From NCBI GenBank assembly GCA_963745075.1, contig CAVUWV010000031.1, forward strand, positions 1 through 64,000: a stretch of DNA of 64,000 nt. Direction: 5' to 3'. A program made the translations under genes and the position numbers. A model generated the notes under the pieces. It did not search any database, was not told the DNA's origin, and worked only from the letters and a program-made list of their open reading frames with translations. This DNA comes from Candidatus Hydrogenedentota bacterium (GTDB lineage: Bacteria > Hydrogenedentota > Hydrogenedentia > Hydrogenedentales > SLHB01). This document shows, one piece after another, positions 42,916 to 52,195 of this stretch (positions within the stretch are counted from its first letter, which is position 1; every line of letters starts with the position of its first letter).

Positions 42916-44377
42916 GTACCATCCCCATTCGCCGCCACGCGATTACAGCTGCTCCCGGAAAGCGCGCGGGTCATCATCCGCCCGTTCATTCCCACGACGC
43001 GCGAGCGCATCACAGCCATCATCGGCCGGGCCCTTGCCCTGACCGACAGGAGGTCGAGCAGGAACTGCAGGCCGTGCATTCAGGAATTCGGTTCCCGGCA
43101 CTTCGACATCGAATCGCTGCTGCTGAAACACTACGCGAAAGTGCAGCACCACGTCTTCACCCAGCGCCCGCTCTCGCGGGCGCGGCAATTGCTCATCGGC
43201 GCGCTGTTCTCCGGTGAATACGCCCTGGAATCCGCAGCCCTGTTCAATCCCTCCATCGTCCCGCACCCCGATCAAAGCGGGGTCGCCTGAGGGATGCCTG
43301 CGTTTCATCATGAGCCTGCGCGCCACCGGCGAAGGGCACATCTCCTCGATCGAGTTTCGCGTCGGCAACATCTCCGCGGACGGCGACATCAGCATTGATC
43401 CCGATCTCCCGCTTCGTCACCGTGCCCGCAAGTGGTTCCCAATCCCCGCTACCGGAAGAAGGACTTCATCATCAAGCTGCACGAAATGGGCTTTGACAAC
43501 GACTGCGCCACGGCAGTCATGGGCCCGTTGGGCGATCAGTTCACCCGCAGCGACCTGGTCAACAGCGTCGCACATGTCCGGCGCGATACCTCTACCCATC
43601 ACCTATGATCTGCAACGCACGCTCGAGTGCATCCAGTGGCTGGCGGATTCCAATTACGAACTGCGCTTCTCCGCCCGAACTGGCCCTCAGTGAGCGCATC
43701 ATCTTTCCGGTTTCCTCCAATGAAAGCAACGGCATCGAGGACGCCCGCTTTGTCCGTTTCACCGATGACGACGGGACGGTCACGTATTACGCGACCTACA
43801 CCGCGTACAACGGACACGACATTCTTCCCGCAGCTCATCGAGACCCAGGATTTCCTGCACTTCCGCGTGCTCACGCTGAACGGCAGCGCCGTGCAGAACA
43901 AAGGCATGGCGCTCTTTCCCCGGCGCATCAACGGCCTTTACGCCATGCTCTCCCGGCAGGACGACGAGAACCTCTTTATCATGTTCTCGGACAACCCGCA
44001 CTTACTGGAGCGATCCGCAAATACTGCTGCGCCCGGCGGAGGCGTGGGAATCGGTCAAGGTGGGAAACTGCGGCTCTCCTATCGAAACGGAAGCCGGTTG
44101 GCTGGTCATCACCCATGGCGTGGGCCCCATGCGCAAGTATTGCATCGGCGCCGCCCTGCTGGATCTGGAAGATCCCACCAAGGTCATTGGGCGACTTCGC
44201 GAACCGCTCCTTTGTCCCGGAGGCGACGAACGCGACGGCTATGTTCCCAACGTCGTCTATAGCTGCGGTTCCCTGCTGCACGGGGGCGAACTCATCCTGC
44301 CCTATGCGATGAGCGACAAGGCTACCGCAATCGCCAGTGTCTCGTTGAAAGAGCTTCTCGCAGCCATGAAAGCGTGA
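42912..44377 (+). pseudogene. GH130-family glycosidase/phosphorylase; many frameshifts
   Basis: Fragments SLRATGEGHISSI, NGIEDARFV, YYATYTAY, NKGMALFPR, GNCGSP, GYVPNVVYSCG. Confidence 0.75.
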
Positions 44378-44488
44378 CGTTTCTTCGTCGGGACACGGCG
44401 AGCATCTACAATGAGTGGCGCAAGTATTCCGACGGCGGCTGCAGAGGAAGGCGCAACGACGCCGCTTGGACGTCTTCGCCCAAGGTCT

Positions 44489-45322
44489 TTACCGCGCAGT
44501 TTCACGTGCATACCGCAGGGAAAGAAATGCACTCAACGCGTTCCGGCCCAGTCGGATGGACGTCCGTCGCGCCCTCTCCTTCCGGCGGATTTGAACCTCG
44601 CCGAGTCCCAATCCAACGGAATTGACTTGCTCGTACGGAATGACGCAACGCCACAGGAGGTACCGCACGCGGACCGCATCGCGCTCCACCACCACGCGCC
44701 TCGGCACGGTCAAAATCGTGCCGACCACCGCGACGGTGACATAGAACGCGATTAACAGAATCCCTTCCCGGCTTCCGTTGGTGATGGCGTACACGACGGG
44801 GGCGAAGAGTACGGGCGCCAACAACCTCAGCGCCATTGGATTTATGAAGGTCGATTCGTCACTACGGAGACCCGGGGAACGCTCGGCGATTGTCGTCAAC
44901 GCGTCGACGAACCGGGCGTACTCCAGACCGAGTTCAATCCCTACCCGGACCGGACGAGTGTTCGCGTCCCCCGCGACCTCGACGCTGACCGTCGTCGGCC
45001 GGAACCGCATGCTCGAAACGCTCTCCCACGGCAACCAATCCGGGTCCCGGTTCGGGTTCCGAAGGCCCCGTTCCCCGATTTCCAGCACATACCGCTTCTG
45101 GCGAATCCCCACCCACACCAACACCGCGCCAAGCACGGTATGGAGTGCGATGCAAACAACCGCGCCCACCTTCACCATGTCCGGTACTTTTGCAAACTCG
45201 TCGCCAAACATGCTCGCCACCACAAACACATCCAACCCGAGAAACAGCACCCCCAGGACCAACAAGGCCCGCACCTGCCGCTTGGGGCTCTCGAAACGCT
45301 TCACACTGTCCGACGCGCTCAT
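44489..45322 (-). CDS. Hypothetical membrane protein with two TM-pair/PH-like repeats
   Basis: Two pairs of hydrophobic helices, each followed by LPWESV / IPYEQV beta-rich segments. Confidence 0.6.
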   Translation of the reverse strand: MSASDSVKRFESPKRQVRALLVLGVLFLGLDVFVVASMFGDEFAKVPDMVKVGAVVCIALHTVLGAVLVWVGIRQKRYVLEIGERGLRNPNRDPDWLPWESVSSMRFRPTTVSVEVAGDANTRPVRVGIELGLEYARFVDALTTIAERSPGLRSDESTFINPMALRLLAPVLFAPVVYAITNGSREGILLIAFYVTVAVVGTILTVPRRVVVERDAVRVRYLLWRCVIPYEQVNSVGLGLGEVQIRRKERARRTSIRLGRNALSAFLSLRYARETAR

Positions 45323-45473
45323 GATTCCCGGATTGTAGCCCCCTCGACGGGCATTGGAAAGTGCGAAGAGCCGAACTGTAGCACAGGCGTGAGAGTGGAC
45401 CCGGGATGAGCGCTTATCGGTCCAGTTCGTGGTCTGTAACTGAATATGCCAGGTCTTTACCTGTCACGTGTAC

Positions 45474-45926
45474 TCATTGGGATGTCTGCTGCCCGAGTTC
45501 TTGGGCGAGCCCTATTAAAATTCCTTCGGGGCCCCGGATGTAGCAGAGCCGATACGCGTCTTTGTACCGGACCACTTCGCCGACGAGTTCCGCGCCGCGT
45601 TTGATGAGCCGGGCGAGCGTATCGTCGATGTCCTCCACGGTGAACATGACGCGCAGGTACCCGAGCGCGTTCACCGGGGCGTTGCGGTGATCGGCGGCCA
45701 CCGGCGGCGCGAGGAATCGGGAGATCTCGAGCCGGCCGTGACCGTCCGGCGTACGCATCATGGCAATCTCGACGCGCATGCCGCGCAATCCAGTGACGCC
45801 ATCTGCCCAGCCTCCATCGATAGGGGCGCGCCCTTCGAGTTCGAGGCCAAGTTCGGTGAAGAACGCAATGGCGGCATCGATGTCTTCGACCACGATGCCG
45901 ACATTGTCCATACGCTTGACCGTCAT
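45474..45926 (-). CDS. VOC (glyoxalase/bleomycin resistance) family protein
   Basis: MDNVGIVVED, FFTELGL, LCYIRGPEG; AAGGAG RBS. Confidence 0.9.
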   Translation of the reverse strand: MTVKRMDNVGIVVEDIDAAIAFFTELGLELEGRAPIDGGWADGVTGLRGMRVEIAMMRTPDGHGRLEISRFLAPPVAADHRNAPVNALGYLRVMFTVEDIDDTLARLIKRGAELVGEVVRYKDAYRLCYIRGPEGILIGLAQELGQQTSQ

Positions 45927-45990
45927 ACTGTCTCCTTGGCGTTAGGCATTTTGAATGTTAGCGAGCAGCATGTACAGCAACACTCCGGCC

Positions 45991-46332
45991 TCACGATTCG
46001 GGATCAAACCCGAATACTCGAAGCTCCTGATCGCAGCGACACGCTTTCGCGATACGTGCGGCCCACGCGATGGCCTCCTTACTTGAAGGCAGCTCAAGTA
46101 CAGTGAATCCACCAGTGAGCGGAGGCGCCCACGGGTAGCCTCCCTCAGCAGCGGAGCCATTGGCCGAAACTAGAACGGGCGGTACTGTTTCATCAATACC
46201 ACCGCCGAAAACGTAGACACCCGCTTCCTTCGCCTCGCGTATCACGGCATGAGCGTCTCGACCCACCGCCTCCAATTCGCTCTCGGGTACATTCATTGCA
46301 GCACTGGGGAATGAAATTAGATACTTTGCCAT
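45991..46332 (-). CDS. YciI/YCII-related protein
   Basis: GVYVFGGG, GGFTVLEL, EAIAWAARI. Confidence 0.8.
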   Translation of the reverse strand: MAKYLISFPSAAMNVPESELEAVGRDAHAVIREAKEAGVYVFGGGIDETVPPVLVSANGSAAEGGYPWAPPLTGGFTVLELPSSKEAIAWAARIAKACRCDQELRVFGFDPES

Positions 46333-46376
46333 GATCTTCTTTCTCTAAGAACTTTGCGGTCAGCATTACAGGCCAT

Positions 46377-46407
46377 GCCTAACAGCGGTTGTATGGTTTC
46401 TTCATAA
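46377..46407 (-). promoter_or_regulatory. attI-like recombination site 1
   Basis: TTATG-N7-CATACAA-N5-GTTAGGC, followed 44 nt later by the YciI start. Confidence 0.5.
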
Positions 46408-46594
46408 CGCCTTTAGGCCGCGACATCGCGCCATAGGACCCCGGCGGCAATGCCGATGTAAAGCCCGTATTTGCAGCGCGTTGAAGCAGGCTCAGTGGTG
46501 ATCGCGGGGGGATAGATGGTATCTGTATGAGACGCCTTCGATTCTCCACTGCAATTCGTCCTCCGGACTTTTGACGCCCTTGCCGCGCCGATTT

Positions 46595-46730
46595 TCACCC
46601 TGTAGTAGAAAAGTCTAAGCAGATGACCGTTGGCTGCGCAAGTTCTCTGTCCCGTGGTGCTGTCGGGTGGTGCCAAGGAAGGGGTCAGGGGTTTTAGCGT
46701 CGATGGTTGTGCGCGCGAGGAATCGGGAGA
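46595..46730 (-). repeat. Repeat module (decayed rluD 3'-end-like)
   Basis: Shares TCACCCTGTAG..AAAAGTCTAAGCAGATGACCGTTG.CTGCGCAAGTTC with 47553-47670 and 51446-51590. Confidence 0.75.
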
Positions 46731-46787
46731 AAGAGCAGTTTCCCGGGTCACTCTGCAGGTGAACGCGAAACTCTGGGGCCATGACGA

Positions 46788-47399
46788 TCATCTTCGGCGA
46801 AGGCGGTAAAAGCGAGGGTGTGCTTTCTGCACATAGCGAGGTGCCCCGGTCAAGTCGAAGGCCTCCTCGTTGGTGATCGTCCATCCACGGTAGGCTTCTT
46901 CGATCTCTTCCCGACTGATTCCTCGCGGCAGTGGTCCTCTCCGACCCGGTGAAAACGCGTACATCAGGAGCGTGGCGTCGTCGGTGGCCACATCCGTGAC
47001 CTCACGGCTCACCGCTCGCACCTCTTGGGGCGGGAGACCATGTACGACGCCAAAGTCCAGGATGAGGCGAAATCCCGAGCCGATGCCGGCGGCTGCGAGC
47101 GCCGCAATGCTCCCTTCGACAAACAAAACCTCTACGTCGGCGTTCCGTGCGCGTTCGCGGGCGGTGCGCACCGCCTTCGGCACGATGTCGATACCGGTTA
47201 CATCCCACCCGCGTTGAGCCAGACGAACCGACCAGAACCCGGTGCCGCATCCGAGATCAAGCGCAGGCCCATATGGCCGTTCTCTACCGCCCACTTCTCG
47301 ATCTAGAAGCATAACGGCCTGTTCGCCGATGGGAAGGGACGGCATCCGCTCCCACGGCGTCATGCCGACCAGATACTGGAATCTGTAGAAAAGGCTCAT
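46788..47399 (-). CDS. Class I SAM-dependent methyltransferase
   Basis: ALDLGCGTG, VTGIDI; GGAGG RBS. Confidence 0.88.
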   Translation of the reverse strand: MSLFYRFQYLVGMTPWERMPSLPIGEQAVMLLDREVGGRERPYGPALDLGCGTGFWSVRLAQRGWDVTGIDIVPKAVRTARERARNADVEVLFVEGSIAALAAAGIGSGFRLILDFGVVHGLPPQEVRAVSREVTDVATDDATLLMYAFSPGRRGPLPRGISREEIEEAYRGWTITNEEAFDLTGAPRYVQKAHPRFYRLRRR

Positions 47400-47423
47400 T
47401 CAACCTCCCGGGGAGGTTTTGGG

Positions 47424-47453
47424 GGCTAACAATAATTAGATGGATCCGCATAA
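47424..47453 (-). promoter_or_regulatory. attI-like recombination site 2
   Basis: TTATG-N6-CATCTAA-N5-GTTAGCC, followed 24 nt later by the methyltransferase start. Confidence 0.5.
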
Positions 47454-47552
47454 GATGCGGGTTTCTTCGTTCCTGTCCGTATAAGACGCCCTTTGATTTC
47501 CTTGCGCCGGCACGATAAAGCCGCCACTGACAGACCGCGCCACAACGTCTTG

Positions 47553-47670
47553 TCACCCTGTAGCAAAAAAGTCTAAGCAGATGACCGTTGCCTGCGCAAG
47601 TTCCCCGTCCTATGGTCCTGCCGGGTTATGCCGACGAAAGGGTCAGGGATTCTGCCGTCAATGGTTGTGC
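47553..47670 (-). repeat. Repeat module (decayed rluD 3'-end-like)
   Basis: See 46595-46730; minus strand GGACGGGGAACTTGCGCAGGCAACG resembles rluD GGACGGGCGAACGCATGCAGTTCAACG. Confidence 0.75.
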
Positions 47671-48088
47671 ATATGGTACGCGCGGGGGACGGGCGGATTG
47701 CGGATTGGAAGAAGCGGGGAATCGGAGATTGCTGGAAGCGCGTTCGGAGTTTCGGCATGGGCAGAGTTCTCCCTATAGATCAAGGCCAGGGTGTTGCATT
47801 GGGATTCGGGTTGGCGGTGAGGAGCGGGAAGTGTATGCAGGAGGGACTGGCTGAGTGGGGAGGCGTTGCTTGCGTATCGGCGCTGCTCTTGCGGATACAC
47901 TACTCGCCAACGACGGAGTTCCAGTCTCCGAACGCCGCCGTGTGAGTAACCCGGAGGAGGTTACTATGCTTCTAGTTCGTGGTCTGTCCCTGAATTAAGC
48001 CCTGAATTAACCGCTGGTGGTATAATGCTACACTTAACAACAGCACTTAGCGACCCACCGGAATGCAGTGAGGGAGACGTTTAGCCTT

Positions 48089-48660
48089 ATGGGGATACCT
48101 CAGGATAGTGGCTTGAACGACCCAACTTGGCTTGATTATGCCACTGCGATTGGTGCCATTGCGACTCCTTTGATGGTGCTGGCACTAACAGCGGCCGGAT
48201 GAGGAAGTTGCGGACACGCCTTGAACGGCAGATGGAACTCGAAGACAAGCTTCGAGAAAATCGGATTCAAACCCAGACCGATACTCAGCCCTTTGTATTG
48301 TTTCTCATGTCAAAGGAGGCTTGGCTGGCGGATCCCAAGAACAAGGGCAAAGACAAGGACGCAATCGCAGCACAGAAGATGCTCTCGGTCGAATACCGGA
48401 GAATCGCATTCGAGATGTGCATTCGTCAGGTGCGACGCGGTTGTGACTGCGTACAACAATCTGATGCAGTATTTCTTCGCGCCGGGGTAATGCGGGATTT
48501 CGGAAAGGCAGGCAAAGATGAAGTCAAGGAAATGGCTGCTCTCCTTGGTATCTTCTTGTTAGAGATCAGGCGCAGTTTGGGCAACGAGTCAACGAAATTG
48601 AAAAGTTGGGACATGCTGGAGTGGTTCATCAAAGAAGCTCGGGAGTTTAAAAAGCAATAG
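48089..48660 (+). CDS. Hypothetical protein with N-terminal TM, frameshifted (~48200)
   Basis: WLDYATAIGAIATPLMVLAL continues in another frame as LRTRLERQMELEDKLR; TGGTATAAT upstream at 48018; low GC. Confidence 0.55.
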
Positions 48661-48735
48661 ACAATCCGGACGACAAGCCGAAAGAGAAGACGACCTACAG
48701 TCAATGCCGATGGAGAATATTTGAAAGGGCTTACA

Positions 48736-49432
48736 ATGGCAGATGACCATAAGCTTCCCGACCTTTCGAAGGAGCTATATCAACGAATACGGTTGGTGCG
48801 ACGAGATATAGGTAGCCTCCTTTTTCACTTCACGAGATCTACAAACGAGGATTACATAACAGTCGAGACGGATTGGGGAACAGATCCATGTCAGGGTCGG
48901 CGTTTGGTGTGCTGGAGAAAATTCTGTATGAAGGCAAACTCATTGGGACATCGAGTTGGACAAACGGAGAGAATTGTATCTGCTTTACCGAAGCACCGAT
49001 TCAGAGTTTAACTCGATATTTTCCCTGGTTGAAATTGCTTCGTCGGAAAAGGAACGACCGAGATACGAGCCTTTTGGCATTGCGGTGAGCAAGGCATTTC
49101 TATTTGGAAAAGGCGGGCGACCAGTCATATACGATCATCCATCTGCATTCCATCAACTACCCTCTCCTCAAAAATACCGATTTGTACCCTATGATCCGCA
49201 GCACGGAATTGATTTCACGTGGGAGCGGGAGTGGCGAATTAAGACCGACGCCTTGGTTCTCGACCCCAGAGGGACGCTGGTCGTAGTACCATCTTCTGAA
49301 CAAGCCTTTGAGTTGGTTTATGAACACTCAAAGTTAGAAGTAGATTACGATGATGCTCCCTCTCCACAGGGGACATACCATGTGCCAAGGTGGCTTGCTA
49401 TGTCTTTGGACCTCTTTGGGATGAGTTTTTGA
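48736..49432 (+). CDS. AbiGi/DUF2743-like protein, frameshifted twice
   Basis: LFHFTR, LEKILYEG, ICFTEAP, YEPFGIAVSK...GGRPVIY, FTWEREWR over three frames. Confidence 0.55.
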
Positions 49433-49468
49433 AGTAGCGGCGTAGTGTGCCTTTTGGGATTCTTGCTC

Positions 49469-50246
49469 ATGCCTACCCCCGATAATATCAGAGCCAAGAT
49501 TGAGCGGGCCAACAAACACATCAAGGAGCTTGATCGGGCAATCCGAGAATTCCTAAACAACAGGCCGTTCCGAATTGTTACTAGGCAAGATAAGAATACG
49601 GGCGAGCGCATTATGGTCATTGCCGATGCCCGACCTATTCCCGCTGAATGGAGCATTCTCGTTGGAGAATCGGTTTATCAGCTCAGGTCCAGTCTTGACC
49701 ATGCTATTTGCTACATGGTCGAACGCGCCGGGGGAAAGATCACAACAAGAACCCAATTCCCGATCAGTACAACTCAGCGGAAGGAATTGATGAGAAGAGA
49801 AGAAACCTCGATAAAAGGAGTACCCGCGGTCGCTGCCGATATCGTGAGGCAATTCCAGCCCTACAATATCGTTCGATCCTTACGAGTTTTACGAACACCC
49901 CCTCAACGTCTTGAGAGAACTCAGCAATACCGATAAGCATAGATCGCTCAATTTGATCGTTCTCGCCTCCCCCGAAGCAAAAATCAAAGTCGGGCCGAAT
50001 ATCCGTGACTGCCGGGTGACCATACACAGCAGCATCAAGAACGATGCTGAGATACTCCGATTCAGATTCCTCAACGTCGAAGTGGACGTACACCCGCAAC
50101 TTGGAGTTAGTGTATTGTTTGACAAGGTTGGGTCTTTTGTCGAACCTTATCCCGTCATACCAACACTCCAGCGCCTCTCGGACTTCGTTTCGCAAATCAT
50201 TTTCACTCTCAAACCCTGGCTTGAAGGACATCAGGGTGCCTATTAG
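49469..50246 (+). CDS. Hypothetical protein (possibly HEPN-like), frameshifted (~49900)
   Basis: AKIERANKH, QLRSSLDH, QFPI, QPY, ELSNTDKHR. Confidence 0.5.
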
Positions 50247-50313
50247 CTCCTATACAGAGAAGCGTTAGTTACCACGTTGATAGCCAAGCGATACTAGTTG
50301 CGCCAGTCGTTAT

Positions 50314-50480
50314 TCAGATTGAAACTGCCCGCTGCGCTTTCAGCACGGCGATAAAATCTGCGGGCGGGGGGCGGTGAAGTGGAGGCGCTCGCGGGGGGCG
50401 GGGTGTTGGAAGCCGAGGTGTTCGGCGTGGAGGGTCTGCCGTCGATGGTTGTGCGTACGAGGAATCGGGAGGTTTCTTGT
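50314..50480 (-). pseudogene. Diverged duplicate of the rluD 3' end
   Basis: With small frame corrections reads IDGQTLHAEHLGFQHP..ERLHFTAPPPADF.A.L.A.R...I-stop, versus rluD LNGQALHAEHLGFEHPGTGERMQFNAPPPADFEAALDALRII-stop. Confidence 0.85.
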
Positions 50481-50680
50481 CCTGTATTGCGCCTTCAGCG
50501 CTCCGTTTGTGGGGCGGCCGGGAACCCCCGCACACGGATCGCCTTATTGTTCCCGGTCGCTTCACAGTTTCAATTCCAAGCTGTGCGAGGACCATAAACA
50601 CGGTTTTACTTACGCATGCCGTGCTGGGCGGCAAGGTCAATCACTGAATTGGTGCTTTCAGACATAAACGCGCCCGTCTT

Positions 50681-50770
50681 GCCGAACGTCGGGCATCATG
50701 CACAGCGCCCGAGGATTGCCACCCGGCACCATGATGTGGGTCGCAGTCGCTGCAGCCCTGAATTTGCTGG
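50681..50770 (-). other. Degenerate attC-like hairpin after the antitoxin gene
   Basis: Minus strand ...TCAGGGCTGCAGCGAC...GCTGTGCATGATGCCCGAC-GTTCGGC; the inverse core is degenerate. Confidence 0.4.
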
Positions 50771-50771
50771 C

Positions 50772-51035
50772 CTATGCCGAGGAGTCCACTCTTCTGGTTT
50801 TTGACTTGCTTCCAGATTTCGGCAGCTTCTTAAGCTGAATCACCAAACGGAGAGCTTCATTTACAGTCTGGTCCGTCGGAAACGCTTGGGCTACATCTTC
50901 GTCCAACAAAACCAGATTGGTGCCCTCGTGGAACCTATCTGCGTATTTGCCCTGGACCCCGGTTTTGAGTAGTTCTCCAAGTTCATATTCTTCCCGAAGC
51001 TCATCCGCTTTTTCGTCTCTGGATTTCCTCTTCAT
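50772..51035 (-). CDS. BrnA-like antitoxin
   Basis: DELREEY, GVQGKYA, LDEDVAQAF...VNEALR; overlaps the toxin 3' end. Confidence 0.75.
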   Translation of the reverse strand: MKRKSRDEKADELREEYELGELLKTGVQGKYADRFHEGTNLVLLDEDVAQAFPTDQTVNEALRLVIQLKKLPKSGSKSKTRRVDSSA

Positions 51036-51297
51036 ACGCTCTTCTTTCTCGACGGGTAAGCTCCCGTGCACTGATGATGCGGATTCTATCTCCCCGGTCA
51101 GTATGCGCGACCATCAAAAGCCGACCGGCGGCCGATGACCCGAAGATGATGGAACGTTCTTCGACTTCGGAATGATCCGTATCGTACGTAGTGATGCTCA
51201 ATGGATCCTTGAAAACTGTGGCAGCCTCCTTGAAAGCAACTCCATGCTTTCGCAGGTTCATCCTCGCCTTGGCCGGATCCCATTCAAATTGTATCAT
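51001..51297 (-). CDS. BrnT-family (DUF497) toxin
   Basis: FEWDPAKARMNLRKHGVAF, EER, RIRIISAR, ERRAYEE. Confidence 0.9.
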   Translation of the reverse strand: MIQFEWDPAKARMNLRKHGVAFKEAATVFKDPLSITTYDTDHSEVEERSIIFGSSAAGRLLMVAHTDRGDRIRIISARELTRRERRAYEEEIQRRKSG

Positions 51298-51445
51298 GAC
51301 TCATCTCATGCGCGTCGAAGGCGAACGCTCAAGCGTAGCGGTGTGGCGCGTTCGCATATGGCACACATCGTGTAGCGCCGCCCTCACAAATGTGTTGCAC
51401 GGCGTTTCCCTCCGCCACGGGCAGACTGCGCCACGATGTTTCCCC

Positions 51446-51635
51446 ACCCCGTAGGAGAACAGTCTATAGGGTCGATCGTGGGCTGCGCAAGTTCCCTGTT
51501 CTATGGTCGTGTCGGGTTATGTCAACGAAAGGGTCGGGGATTCTGCTGTGAATGGTTGTGTGTACGAGGAATCGGGAGGTTTCTTGTCCTGTATCGCACC
51601 TTCAGCGCTCCGTTTTGTAGCGCGACCGGGAACCC
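51446..51635 (-). repeat. Repeat module; 51542-51635 also directly repeats 50435-50527
   Basis: 33-bp identical core GTACGAGGAATCGGGAGGTTTCTTGTCCTGTAT in both copies. Confidence 0.85.
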
Positions 51636-51962
51636 GGGGTAGGCCTACGCGTTGCGTCGCCCAATCACGCACCTCTCCCACGACCGATCGCAATGCAACA
51701 CCCCGTGCAACGTATATAAGGAGCGCTCCACCCATGCCAACCAAAACCGAGCCCACCCGTTACGCTCGCCGCCTTTCTCGTCCTCGCGAAAGCGGGGAAT
51801 ACGGGGAACCATCACGACCACTCGCGTACGCACCCCCCCTTGAATCGTCACGAGAACGGGGGGGTGCCCAAGCGTTCCCAATTGCGATCTTTCTTCGGAC
51901 CCTACAGCGACGACGCGGCTTCTTTCCGCGCTGGACTGTGGGTATCTTGGCCCTTCGGGCCA

Positions 51963-52157
51963 TTACGACGACTTGGTGTCGACGCCGCGGTGTTGGGATT
52001 TGCCGTCGCCAAACCCGTGTTTCCTGCGCAACCTCTCGAAGACCTCTTCGGCGGGATGCACCTTGCTCTCCGCAACCTGGCGCTTGCCGAGTTCCAGAAT
52101 CTTCAGGAGGGCCTCCGCATCCGTCAACTCGTCAAGCTTCTCGATCTCTTCTGCCAT
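51963..52157 (-). CDS. Phd/YefM-type antitoxin C-terminal-like fragment
   Basis: ALLKILELGKRQVAESKVHPAEEVFERL; GGAG RBS; no toxin partner. Confidence 0.5.
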   Translation of the reverse strand: MAEEIEKLDELTDAEALLKILELGKRQVAESKVHPAEEVFERLRRKHGFGDGKSQHRGVDTKSS

Positions 52158-52195
52158 CGTTCAGTCTCCAATGTTCGCCACCATAGTAACACCAA

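Noticed and set aside
42531..43217. GT4-GH130 fusion
   Set aside because: Junction has an ATGA stop/start overlap at 42912-42915 in a frameshift-rich region; two genes are more likely.
48020..48050. Third attI-like site before the low-GC genes
   Set aside because: CACTTAA-N5 is not followed by GTTRRRY; too degenerate to call.
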